Shown here piece after piece: positions 22,485 through 31,833 of a DNA stretch of 64,000 nt. Both the position numbers and the translations under genes were made by a program. Under the pieces are notes generated by a model. The model did not search any database. It saw nothing but the letters and a program-made list of their open reading frames with translations, and had not been told where the DNA came from. The first letter of the stretch is position 1, and each line of letters starts with the position of its first letter. The stretch spans positions 78,128 through 142,127 of the forward strand of contig JAHFGL010000003.1 of assembly GCA_023247445.1 (NCBI GenBank), written 5' to 3'. Source of the stretch: Candidatus Omnitrophota bacterium (lineage in GTDB: Bacteria > Omnitrophota > Gorgyraeia > Zapsychrales > Zapsychraceae).

Positions 22485-22702
22485 TCCTAGGAGATGACAT
22501 CAAAACATTTAAAGCCTGTGACTGAGGTATAAACGAATGCAATGTTTAATTTAAAGAATACACTGAATGATATAGAATTTTTAAAAAAATTTTATTTTCG
22601 AGGATGGAGAAGACAAATGGATAAAATATTGTAGATGAGAATTAGTAGGGGTAGAACACGCCATCATGAAGTTAAAATTGTAATTAATCCCAAGAGAAGG
22701 GT

Positions 22703-23149
22703 ATGAACTATATTATCTACATAGTAAAAAGTGTTCTCCTAGCAATTTTATGTGCAGTCTTTACATTCGTGGCCTTTGCCTGTCTTTGGTACGTGGCGTC
22801 AAACCCAAATTCCTTTTTTATATTTGGTATTGTTTTATTAGTCACCTTGGCGGCAATAATGTATACAATTGATTCCTTGCGCAGATCAGTCATAAAAGAT
22901 ACAGGGAGATCAAAGGCTTTTAATTATGCCTGCATCGGTATATTAATTGGAATTGTTATTGCCATTATTAAATGGAAATGGGACCTTTCTAAATACTTTC
23001 AGGCAAGGGGAACGCAAGAAACTTACGGTGCTGATATTGTTGAACTATTAATGTCGATTGTCTTTTTTTCTGTCTTAGGATTTATTGGCGGCTTATTTAT
23101 TGGATTAATACGAGTAAAAAGATATAAAAATATTCCGAAATTGCCATGA
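22703..23149 (+). CDS. Hypothetical membrane protein (about 4 TM)
   Basis: SD-like GAAGGG and four hydrophobic segments. Confidence 0.65.
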   Translation: MNYIIYIVKSVLLAILCAVFTFVAFACLWYVASNPNSFFIFGIVLLVTLAAIMYTIDSLRRSVIKDTGRSKAFNYACIGILIGIVIAIIKWKWDLSKYFQARGTQETYGADIVELLMSIVFFSVLGFIGGLFIGLIRVKRYKNIPKLP

Positions 23150-25014
23150 AGTTAAAAGCGTGTTTAAAAAGGTTTCTTGCCAGCGATTGGGTTGTTGTTG
23201 CCGGTTTAACGTTTATTTTCTTTTTAACCCACGGGTATCGATTTGCCTGGGATGACCATCCCATGGAAATTCCCCTTCTTAAAAGCCTCATCGACCACGA
23301 GCTATTTACCCGTGATTATTTCGTTACCAGCACCAAACAATATCTCTTAACCTATTTTTTTATTATCTTGTCGAAATTAATAACCATTAAGCAGATTGAG
23401 TTGGTGTATTTCATTTTATTTTGGGTGTCGCGCTATTTTATGTTTTTCTGGATGTATAAATTGTGGTTACTCATCTCAAAAAATAAATTAACAAGTTTCT
23501 GCTGCGTCTTAAGTTTTGAAGTGTTGGTGCGGTATCAGCTATTTCTTTATCTTACGTTTTCGGAATCAGAATGGACCTTTGCCTTTATTTTTGCCGGTTT
23601 TTACTATTTCTTTAAAGAAAGGTATCTTCTGGCGTCGATCATTTTGGGTGTTGCGGCAAATTTTCATGCCTTATTTGCGGCTTTCCCGATGATGTATGTA
23701 CTGGCTTATTTGATGTTCAAGGTAAAAGACTTAGGATGGAAGCCATTGGTCAATTCATTGTTGGCCTTTTTGATTTGCGCATCGCCAGTTTTAATTTGGT
23801 TTGTGAAAAAGATTCTTTTTCCACCGGCACTTGCTCCCGAGTTGCAATCAATGGATTGGATACAGCTTTATAAGGAACACTGCGAGTATATGTTTCGTTA
23901 TGGCACCGCTGCTCTTAGCCAAACTTTTCCTAACTCAGGGGCTTTTATTAAGAACGAGGCTGTTCATTTCGATATTTTTGTTATTTCTTTATTGTTTTTT
24001 AATCTTTGTCATAACCCCACATTCCGTAAAGAAACAAAAACGATGACAATCTTTTTTGTTGGAATGACGTTAATGATTTTTGATGTGCTGTGTGCTTATT
24101 TTTTCCCCAACGAACTTAGTATGACGATACAGTTCCGTCGGCATGAACCGTATCTTATAATTTTCTTGATTGGCTATACGACACTAGCGCTACGAACGAT
24201 TTCTTTGAAAGAAACCGTTTGGACATCCGCATTTCTGGGGATTATGTATTATCATCTGGGCAACAAGGATTTATTAAGCGCATCGATGTTATTGGCGGCG
24301 ACGTGTTTATTATTTGTGACACGAAGTAAATCCTATAACAAGATTCCTCAACTAGTAATATCTATTTTGGGTGTTATTGGTGTTTTTGTTTCTTTAAAGC
24401 TTTATGTGTATCAATTGCACCTGATGGGGATCAATCCTTTTCGAGAGATGTTTTTTAAGATTGTTTTAACAGTTTTCGGTGTTTCTTCATTAAGCACGTT
24501 AATTTTTCGTAACCCGAAATATCATGGCCAAATAAAGGCGTTATTTATTATTGTTCCGTTAAGCATATTCGTCTTCGGCTATACGCAGCGACATATTCAA
24601 GAAGTAAAGAAACCTAAATCATCCATTGATATTGTGCGGGACGATTTTAAAGAAATGGCCCTATATGCCAAGGATCACACGCCGAAGAGTGCGCTATTTT
24701 TGATTCCCTATGATTTGTCTTATGACAATTTTAGAGTTTTCTCTGAGCGCAATGTTCTCTATAACGATCAAGACATCGCTATTTTTCCCTATGACAAGAA
24801 TTTTATTTTAGAACGAAAGAAGAAGTTATCTTATATCGGTGATTTTAAAATTAGAGCAGAGCGCCCCGTCAATGACGCGGTTAAGAATGCCATTTTGGTT
24901 TATCATGTCGACTATATTGTTTTCCCATCTTACAACATGCCGCCAAGTTCAGCGATATTAGAACGCATTCATACAACATCGCTTTTGGGGCTATATAAAG
25001 TCAATTATCTGTGA
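23146..25014 (+). CDS. Polytopic membrane protein, possibly GT-C-type glycosyltransferase
   Basis: 622 aa, many TM segments, DD in the first loop, C-terminal soluble domain (AKDHTPKSALFL, VDYIV). Function is inference. Confidence 0.7.
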   Translation: MKLKACLKRFLASDWVVVAGLTFIFFLTHGYRFAWDDHPMEIPLLKSLIDHELFTRDYFVTSTKQYLLTYFFIILSKLITIKQIELVYFILFWVSRYFMFFWMYKLWLLISKNKLTSFCCVLSFEVLVRYQLFLYLTFSESEWTFAFIFAGFYYFFKERYLLASIILGVAANFHALFAAFPMMYVLAYLMFKVKDLGWKPLVNSLLAFLICASPVLIWFVKKILFPPALAPELQSMDWIQLYKEHCEYMFRYGTAALSQTFPNSGAFIKNEAVHFDIFVISLLFFNLCHNPTFRKETKTMTIFFVGMTLMIFDVLCAYFFPNELSMTIQFRRHEPYLIIFLIGYTTLALRTISLKETVWTSAFLGIMYYHLGNKDLLSASMLLAATCLLFVTRSKSYNKIPQLVISILGVIGVFVSLKLYVYQLHLMGINPFREMFFKIVLTVFGVSSLSTLIFRNPKYHGQIKALFIIVPLSIFVFGYTQRHIQEVKKPKSSIDIVRDDFKEMALYAKDHTPKSALFLIPYDLSYDNFRVFSERNVLYNDQDIAIFPYDKNFILERKKKLSYIGDFKIRAERPVNDAVKNAILVYHVDYIVFPSYNMPPSSAILERIHTTSLLGLYKVNYL

Positions 25015-25069
25015 GCAAAATTCGTGGTGTTCACGATAGAACCATTGTATTATTGGATAAAAATAAATA
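24886..25069 (+). repeat. 184-bp direct repeat, copy 1
   Basis: Matches 28026-28209; first 127 bp identical, then 5 substitutions. Confidence 0.95.
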
Positions 25070-25188
25070 ACATCAAGGCGATATAATTTTCGATATGTGT
25101 TTTGGAATTATGTGGCCGTATTAGGAACGAGAGGATTAAGCCTTCCCACTATCAAACGTAAAGTTCATGAGATTCTTAAGAAGGAAAT

Positions 25189-25512
25189 ATGAGAGTAATG
25201 AAGAAGACCTTGCTTGTTAATATAATGATTCTTCTTAGCTATGTGACTTTGTTAGGCCTTGGCTATGGATTTTATACTAGGGGTTTTCCTCCTCGTGGCG
25301 AAAATTATGCTTCATTAGGCACGGCCCTTTTAACTGTGCTTCTTATTTTTGTACATTTATTTTGCAATTTAGTTTTGTCGTTTATCTTTTTTTATCTTAA
25401 GGATAAAGAGAAGGGAAAGGCTTATCTATTGAGCATTGCGGTGATTGCCATCATAGGTGTCCCAGCTTGTTTTGGTGGAACTTTTTTGACAGATTGGATT
25501 CAACGATTTTGA
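25189..25512 (+). CDS. Small 3-TM protein with C-terminal IGxPxCFxG motif (paralog 1)
   Basis: SD AAGGA; aligns by eye with 25553-25846. Confidence 0.8.
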   Translation: MRVMKKTLLVNIMILLSYVTLLGLGYGFYTRGFPPRGENYASLGTALLTVLLIFVHLFCNLVLSFIFFYLKDKEKGKAYLLSIAVIAIIGVPACFGGTFLTDWIQRF

Positions 25513-25552
25513 TTACCCAATTTTCGATAATTTATTAGTAAGGAGATAAAAG

Positions 25553-25846
25553 ATGACCTTAACTAGAAAAATACTATGGGTGAATGTGATCATACTTTTT
25601 GCATACTTAACCTTGCTAAATATGGCCCTTAAAGCAGAAGGAAATAAGGCGGGACTTGGCTTTTTAATATTAGCAGCTTTTTCACTTGGATTGCATTTAG
25701 TGATTAACCTTATAATTGCAATTATAATGTTTTGTCGAGGGAAAGAAGATATCGGAAGAGCTTTTTTGTTCACTCTTCCTCTTATTTTAGTCATTGGTTT
25801 TCCCATGTGTTTTGCCGGTGTTGGGTTGCTTGATAATATACATTAA
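25553..25846 (+). CDS. Small 3-TM protein with C-terminal IGxPxCFxG motif (paralog 2)
   Basis: SD AAGGAG; shares N..IL..Y.TLL, HL..NL and IG.P.CF.G with 25189-25512. Confidence 0.8.
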   Translation: MTLTRKILWVNVIILFAYLTLLNMALKAEGNKAGLGFLILAAFSLGLHLVINLIIAIIMFCRGKEDIGRAFLFTLPLILVIGFPMCFAGVGLLDNIH

Positions 25847-25851
25847 ATATC

Positions 25852-26595
25852 ATGTTTCCAATAAATATAACATTAGGGAAAGTAATTATTAATTCCCATT
25901 TGCTTTTTGAAATATTGGCTTATACGTTAGGTTTTCGTTATTTTTTGTACCTACGAAAAAAAGCGATTGATAGAGTATCAGAATCTAATCGCATCTGGAT
26001 TCTAATAGGTGCTGGATTTGGTGCGGTGATTGGGTCAAGATTATTGGGTTTCTTTAGCACACTAATCTCGGGTTTAAATGTATCCCAAGCTGTTTTATTG
26101 TTTTTTAGCAGTAAATCTATTGTCGGCGGACTTTTGGGAGGGTTGATTGGCGTTGAAATCACCAAGAAATTTTTAAATATAAAATTTTCAACAGGGGATC
26201 TTTTGACATATCCCATTATATTAGCCATGATCATTGGGCGTGTGGGGTGTTTCTTGCAAGGTGTTCATGATGGGACTCATGGTACGGCCTCAACTTTGCC
26301 ATGGGCTATCGATATGGGAGATGGAATCCTTCGGCATCCCACGTCATTATATGAAGTTATTTTTCTAGCTGCTCTATGGGTTGTTTTACGGAAAATTGAC
26401 CACCGCTTAATTGAAGGCGCAAGATTTAAATTATTTATAACAGCTTATCTAGTATTTCGATTCTTTATTGAGTTTATTAAGCCAGTTTATATCTATCCAG
26501 TGGGGATATCCGCTATTCAGATTGTTTGTCTGGCTGGTCTGATCTATTATTGGAAAGTACTATTGTTTTCTCAAAGTTTGTTTAAACAAATCTAA
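25852..26595 (+). CDS. Lgt-like (prolipoprotein diacylglyceryl transferase family) protein
   Basis: GGLLGG, IGRVGCFL, LPWA, RHPTSLYE, Y..FRFFIEF motifs. Confidence 0.85.
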   Translation: MFPINITLGKVIINSHLLFEILAYTLGFRYFLYLRKKAIDRVSESNRIWILIGAGFGAVIGSRLLGFFSTLISGLNVSQAVLLFFSSKSIVGGLLGGLIGVEITKKFLNIKFSTGDLLTYPIILAMIIGRVGCFLQGVHDGTHGTASTLPWAIDMGDGILRHPTSLYEVIFLAALWVVLRKIDHRLIEGARFKLFITAYLVFRFFIEFIKPVYIYPVGISAIQIVCLAGLIYYWKVLLFSQSLFKQI

Positions 26596-26606
26596 AAAGT
26601 GAGACA

Positions 26607-28013
26607 TTGATGGCCGACCGCAATTATTTATTTTACGATTTTACCACAAGCATCTGTTCACAATGTTTACGCAAAGTAGAGGCCAAGGTTATTTTTCAAG
26701 ATGAGAAAGTTTATTTACTTAAAAATTGTTTGATTCATGGAAAAGAGAAAGTATTAATCGCGACTGACATTGAATATTATAAGATGACGCGTAATTATTT
26801 AAAGCCTCCAAGCATGCCGCTTAAGTTTAATACCACGACACAATTTGGTTGTCCTTATGATTGCGGTTTGTGCCCCGATCATGAGCAGCATTCTTGTTTA
26901 ACGGTCATTGAAATTACCGATCGATGCAATTTGACATGCCCAACCTGTTACGCTGAATCAAGCCCTACGCATGGACGGCATCGAACGGTCGAAGAGATTG
27001 AACAGATGTTTGATATTATTGTCGCTAATGAGGGCGAACCGGATGTTGTTCAGATTAGCGGGGGCGAACCGACACTGCATCCCGATTTTTTTAAGATTCT
27101 TGATATTGCCAAAACAAAACCATTCCGGCATTTGATGATTAACACTAATGGTATTCGTATCGCTAAGGATGAAACTTTTGTCCGGCAGTTAGCGTCTTAC
27201 ATGCCGGGATTTGAAGTCTACTTACAGTTTGATTCCTTTGAGAAAGAGACACTTCAAAAGCTAAGAGGTGAAGATTTAAGAGATGTTCGGGAGCGTGCTC
27301 TTAATAATTTGAATAAATATAATCTTTCAACCACTTTAGTTGTTACCTTGCAAAAAGGATTAAATGATCATGAGATCGGCAAGATTATTCAGTTTGCCTT
27401 AAAGCAAAAATGTGTTCGCGGAGTAACATTGCAACCCACCCAAACGGCTGGCCGACTTGACAATTTCAATCCCGCAACTGATCGTCTTACCTTAACGGAA
27501 GTCCGTCAGGCCATCATTGATCAGAGCAATTTATTTACACCTGATGATTTGCTGCCCGTTCCTTGCAACTCTGATTGCTTGGCAATGGGATATGCGTTAA
27601 AAATTGCTGGACAGGTTATGCCACTTACGCGATTTATTAATCCCAAAGACTTATTAAATGATTCTAAAAATACGATTGTTTATGAGAAAGATCCCGACAT
27701 TCATCGCAAAATTATTAAAGTGTTTGATACGGGAAGGAGTGAGAATGAAATTCCGAAAAATTTGCAGTCACTCTTGTGTTGCTTGCCAAAGATTGTGGCC
27801 CCAAACCTTAATTATGATAATGTCTTTCGCGTGATCATTATGCAATTTTTAGATGCGTACAATTTTGACGTCCGCGCGGTCAAGAAATCTTGTGTCCACA
27901 TTGTCCATAAAGACGGCCGGATTATTCCTTTTGATACGATGAACTTATTTTATCGCGATGATAAAGAAGAATATTTAAAGCGTTTAAAGAATGAAACAGT
28001 TTTAACCAAATGA
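26607..28013 (+). CDS. Radical SAM enzyme, MJ0619/tetraether synthase (Tes/GDGT-MAS)-like
   Basis: N-terminal CSQC...CLIH, CPYDCGLCPDH, radical SAM motif CNLTCPTC, SGGEPT, C-terminal FLDAYNFD...SCVH...DGRIIPF. Confidence 0.85.
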   Translation: MMADRNYLFYDFTTSICSQCLRKVEAKVIFQDEKVYLLKNCLIHGKEKVLIATDIEYYKMTRNYLKPPSMPLKFNTTTQFGCPYDCGLCPDHEQHSCLTVIEITDRCNLTCPTCYAESSPTHGRHRTVEEIEQMFDIIVANEGEPDVVQISGGEPTLHPDFFKILDIAKTKPFRHLMINTNGIRIAKDETFVRQLASYMPGFEVYLQFDSFEKETLQKLRGEDLRDVRERALNNLNKYNLSTTLVVTLQKGLNDHEIGKIIQFALKQKCVRGVTLQPTQTAGRLDNFNPATDRLTLTEVRQAIIDQSNLFTPDDLLPVPCNSDCLAMGYALKIAGQVMPLTRFINPKDLLNDSKNTIVYEKDPDIHRKIIKVFDTGRSENEIPKNLQSLLCCLPKIVAPNLNYDNVFRVIIMQFLDAYNFDVRAVKKSCVHIVHKDGRIIPFDTMNLFYRDDKEEYLKRLKNETVLTK

Positions 28014-28025
28014 AACAAGTCCATA

Positions 28026-28209
28026 AATGCCATTTTGGTTTATCATGTCGACTATATTGTTTTCCCATCTTACAACATGCCGCCAAGTTCAGCGATATTA
28101 GAACGCATTCATACAACATCGCTTTTGGGGCTATATAAAGTCAATTATCTGTAAGAAAAATCCGTGGCGTTCACGACAGAACCATTGTATTATTGGATAA
28201 AAATAAATA
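28026..28209 (+). repeat. 184-bp direct repeat, copy 2 (orphan 3' end of the 23146-25014 gene)
   Basis: Matches 24886-25069; the stop codon is TAA here versus TGA in copy 1. Confidence 0.95.
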
Positions 28210-28337
28210 GCAATAATGGCATGGGTTGCGGTCTTTGGGAGTTGCTGGTAGGTAGGGATGATAATGGAGAGAATAGCAAAAGCTTTAGTAGCACAGGGAC
28301 TTATAAAATAGTATACTTTTTGCAAGGAGGATATTTT

Positions 28338-28523
28338 ATGACGGCAAAGCAAGAGGTTCGATCATTGCTTCAGAAGTTACCTAATAATTGTACGCTTGAG
28401 GATATTCAATATCATCTCTATGTTATTGAGAAAATTAATAGAGGCCTTGCGCGGATAAAAAAAGAAGGTGGTATTCCGCACAAAGAAGTTAAAAAACGGT
28501 TGGCTAAATGGATCGTAAAGTAA
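28338..28523 (+). CDS. Putative type II antitoxin
   Basis: Strong SD AAGGAGG before ATG 28338; 61 aa (LP...TLEDIQYHLYV..KI.RG); overlaps the downstream RelE/ParE toxin. Confidence 0.8.
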   Translation: MTAKQEVRSLLQKLPNNCTLEDIQYHLYVIEKINRGLARIKKEGGIPHKEVKKRLAKWIVK

Positions 28524-28813
28524 AGTGGTCGCCTGAGGCCTTGGAAGATGTTGAGTCGATTGCGCAGTACATTGCCCGCGATTCGCAATTTTACGCCCGA
28601 TCTACGGTTTCTAAAATCCTCGATTTTTCAGACAGTATCGCCAAATTTCCACAAGTGGGTCGCATCGTCCAAGAATTTAATGATAAAACAATCAGAGAAC
28701 GGTTAGTTTATAGTTATCGTTTAGTGTACAAAATTGAACGTTTTCGCATCCTTGTTATTGCTGTTATCCACGATAAAAGGTTATTTAACTCTATATCAAA
28801 GCGATTTGAATAG
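28508..28813 (+). CDS. RelE/ParE-family toxin
   Basis: WSPEALEDVESIAQYIARDS, FPQVGR, YRLVY, IAVIH pattern. Confidence 0.88.
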   Translation: MDRKVKWSPEALEDVESIAQYIARDSQFYARSTVSKILDFSDSIAKFPQVGRIVQEFNDKTIRERLVYSYRLVYKIERFRILVIAVIHDKRLFNSISKRFE

Positions 28814-28851
28814 GACAACTTAAGAAGATTGTAGCAACATACTTTACGGGT

Positions 28852-28915
28852 AATTCGGGGACACAATACTCAATCCCCGAACTAATTAAGGAATCAAGTA
28901 ATGTGTCTCGGAATT
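28852..28915. repeat. Intergenic palindromic element (GGGGACAC...GTGTCTC type)
   Basis: AATTCGGGGACACAATACT and AGTAATGTGTCTCGGAATT: 19-bp arms with 3 mismatches. Confidence 0.6.
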
Positions 28916-28941
28916 TTTGTTGAATATTCTTGAATTGAAAA

Positions 28942-29424
28942 ATGGATCAAAAAGTTCTTAAATTCAGAAATCCAGATTTAAATTTTATTTCCTATGGAGG
29001 GATAGTGTGTTTTCTAGCTTCATTTCTATCGTTCCCATTTATTATCTTTGATCCATCAAAAAAAGATCTGCACTTAAATTTTACAGATTTTGTTGGCTTA
29101 GCATTTTTTGTCGGCCTGTTCTTCTTTGTATTAACTGTTGTGCCAGCTATCATTTTTCTGAATACATATTGGAAAGAGTTTATTTTTGATTCCAAGAAGA
29201 AAGTCATTACCATTGTGAAAAGAATATTCTTTTTTCGCGTTGGCAAAATCGAAGAAATCCCTTTTAGTTCTGCCTCGTTGGCATTGGAGCATAGATCCCT
29301 TGATGGGGGCCGAGTGTGGTATTTGATTTTAAATACGGGTTATAATCGATTTGATCTTTGCTTTAGTCTTTTTAAAGGCAGGATAGACAAACATAAGACA
29401 CGTTTAGAACAGATTTTAAAATAA
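28942..29424 (+). CDS. Hypothetical membrane protein (2 TM plus soluble domain)
   Basis: 160-aa AT-rich ORF. Confidence 0.65.
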   Translation: MDQKVLKFRNPDLNFISYGGIVCFLASFLSFPFIIFDPSKKDLHLNFTDFVGLAFFVGLFFFVLTVVPAIIFLNTYWKEFIFDSKKKVITIVKRIFFFRVGKIEEIPFSSASLALEHRSLDGGRVWYLILNTGYNRFDLCFSLFKGRIDKHKTRLEQILK

Positions 29425-29476
29425 AAAGACTTCTTAAAATTTATGACTGGCTGTTAACGAATGCTGATAAAGATTA

Positions 29477-30838
29477 ATGAAAACTAAAACGATATTTGTT
29501 TGTCAAAGCTGTGGGGCGCAGTCGCCGCGTTGGATTGGTAAATGTTCCAATTGCGACAGCTGGAATTCCTATGTTGAAGAAGCGATGTCTGGGCCTGTTG
29601 AAAGTAGAAAAGATATTGTCTTTAAAGACAGCCCAATTCTTTTGACTGATGTTTCGATTGAGCAAGAAAAAAGATATATCACAGAGATTAAGGAATTGGA
29701 TCGTGTCTTAGGCGGTGGGATTGTTCCCGGCTCAGTAACCTTAATCGGCGGCGATCCTGGCATCGGTAAATCAACATTGTCGCTACAAATTGCCTGTTCA
29801 TTGAGTCAGCAGGGGCATAAAGTTCTTTATATCAGTGGTGAAGAATCCGTTAAGCAAACGCGGATGCGATCGGAGCGTTTAAGCACTAAAGAAAATAAAT
29901 CGCTTTATATTGTGAATCAAGTCGATCTTAACGTGATCGCTGAATATATTAATACAATGAAGCCGACGGTTGTTGTCGTTGACTCCATTCAAGTTGTTTT
30001 TAGTGCAGAAATTTCGTCAACGCCAGGCAGTGTTAGTCAGGTTCGGGAATGCGCGGCCATCTTGACACATATGGCCAAGTCGATGGGGATGGCGCTTTTT
30101 ATTATTGGTCATGTCACTAAAGAAGGGATGTTGGCGGGTCCACGTGTTTTAGAACATATTGTCGATACGGTTTTGTATTTTGAAGGCGAACGGTATTCGA
30201 CTTTTCGTATTTTACGGGCGACTAAAAATCGTTTTGGATCAACTAATGAAATTGGTGTTTTTGAGATGACCTCCGGCGGTTTGGCGGAAGTGGCGAATCC
30301 TTCTGAAATATTTTTATCGGAACGACCAAAGAATGCATCGGGGTCGGTCGTGGTTCCCATTTTAGAAGGAACCAGGCCTTTTTTGGTTGAGATTCAAGGA
30401 TTGGTTAGCCGCAGCAGTTTCGGCATGGTTCGTCAAAAGGCGCAAGGTTTTGATCCTAATCGTTTGGCGATGCTCGTTGCTGTTTTAGAAAAACGGATGG
30501 GGCTTAATCTGCAGGATAAAGATATTTTCTTAAACGTTGTCGGCGGCGTTCGTGTGATGGATCCCGCGGCGGACTTGGCGGTTGCCATGGCGATTGCTTC
30601 GGCTTTGTTAGATAAATCCGTTAATTTTGATACCGTTATTTTAGGTGAAGTCGGTCTTTCATCAGAGGTCAGAAGTGTCAGCCAAATTGCTATCCGTATT
30701 AATGAAGCAGACAAGCTTGGATTTAAAAAATGTATTATCCCGAAAAATAATTTAAAAACAAAGATCGATGTCAAATCTAAGAAAATTGAGTTAATCCCGG
30801 TTGAAACTCTTCGTGAAGCTTTAAATATTTTAACCTAA
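29477..30838 (+). CDS. radA: DNA repair protein RadA/Sms
   Basis: C4 zinc finger, GDPGIGKST, KNRFG motif, Lon-like C-terminus. Confidence 0.97.
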   Translation: MKTKTIFVCQSCGAQSPRWIGKCSNCDSWNSYVEEAMSGPVESRKDIVFKDSPILLTDVSIEQEKRYITEIKELDRVLGGGIVPGSVTLIGGDPGIGKSTLSLQIACSLSQQGHKVLYISGEESVKQTRMRSERLSTKENKSLYIVNQVDLNVIAEYINTMKPTVVVVDSIQVVFSAEISSTPGSVSQVRECAAILTHMAKSMGMALFIIGHVTKEGMLAGPRVLEHIVDTVLYFEGERYSTFRILRATKNRFGSTNEIGVFEMTSGGLAEVANPSEIFLSERPKNASGSVVVPILEGTRPFLVEIQGLVSRSSFGMVRQKAQGFDPNRLAMLVAVLEKRMGLNLQDKDIFLNVVGGVRVMDPAADLAVAMAIASALLDKSVNFDTVILGEVGLSSEVRSVSQIAIRINEADKLGFKKCIIPKNNLKTKIDVKSKKIELIPVETLREALNILT

Positions 30839-30852
30839 AGAATAGGAAAAAC

Positions 30853-31833
30853 ATGACGCTATTATTTATTCGTATCCTGTTTCTAGTTTTAAGTGCCGTC
30901 GTTGGTGAGTACATTGGCAGCCTTTTACAAAAACCAGTCTTAGGTGCGGGGGTCGGTCTTGCTAGCGGTGTCATTTTAATGACATTGGAACAGAGTCTAA
31001 GTCGTGTTTCCGTCCGTGGCTTATCGAGTATGGTTTTTGGACTCCTCTTGGGTGTTTTTATGGCGAAACTTATTTCAGATATCATTTCGCTATTACCATT
31101 GGGGGAATTTATAAATTCAATCACCAAAGTTATTTTGACACTAGTGTTTTCTTATTTGGGCGCAGTCATGGCGCTACGCGGTAAGGATGAGTTTAACGTG
31201 ATTATTCCCTATATTCGTTTTCGTCGGGAGGATGTTAAAGAGGGAGTGATCCTTTTGGATAGCAGCGCCATTATTGATGGGCGTATTATTGATATTTTTA
31301 AGATTAATTTTTTAATGGGACGACTGGTTGTTCCTCGTTTTGTTTTATTTGAACTACAAAATTTGGCCGATTCGGCCGATGACACCAAACGCCAGCGTGG
31401 CCGCCGAGGATTAGAATTATTACGAATGATGCAAGGGGATTTAAAAATGGATGTGCGCATTCAAGAAGAAGATATGTCGGGTGTTGATGAGGTGGATACG
31501 AAATTAATAAGGCTCGCTAAATTAATGGATGCCCGTTTATGCACGACCGATTTTAATCTGGGCCGCATTGCGACACTACAAGGCGTTGAGGTCTTAAATA
31601 TTCATGATCTTGTTAGTGCGGTTAAGTCCGTTGTCTTTACCGGTGAGAAACTAGACGTTAAATTAATTAAAGAAGGCAAAGAGCCAAATCAGGCGGTCGG
31701 TTATATGGAAGATGGAACAATGATTGTTGTCACTGATGCTAAATCTTTTCTTGGACAAAATGTTAAGGTTGCGGTGACCTCCGTTTTACAAACGCAGGCA
31801 GGCCGAATGATTTTCGGAAAGCTCGATCGATGA
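30853..31833 (+). CDS. Membrane-anchored PIN/TRAM domain protein (YacL-like)
   Basis: TM helices, LDSSAIIDGR (PIN), RQRGRRGL, GYMEDGTMIVV...TSVLQTQAGRMIF (TRAM). Confidence 0.9.
   Translation: MTLLFIRILFLVLSAVVGEYIGSLLQKPVLGAGVGLASGVILMTLEQSLSRVSVRGLSSMVFGLLLGVFMAKLISDIISLLPLGEFINSITKVILTLVFSYLGAVMALRGKDEFNVIIPYIRFRREDVKEGVILLDSSAIIDGRIIDIFKINFLMGRLVVPRFVLFELQNLADSADDTKRQRGRRGLELLRMMQGDLKMDVRIQEEDMSGVDEVDTKLIRLAKLMDARLCTTDFNLGRIATLQGVEVLNIHDLVSAVKSVVFTGEKLDVKLIKEGKEPNQAVGYMEDGTMIVVTDAKSFLGQNVKVAVTSVLQTQAGRMIFGKLDR

Noticed and set aside
28164-28337. Long N-terminus of the antitoxin ORF (and ORFs 27922-28119, 28131-28352)
   Set aside because: They run through the duplicated repeat; the strong SD points to ATG 28338.
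19930-29470. Integron cassette array or prophage
   Set aside because: No integrase, no recognisable attC (RYYYAAC...GTTRRRY) sites, no phage structural genes.
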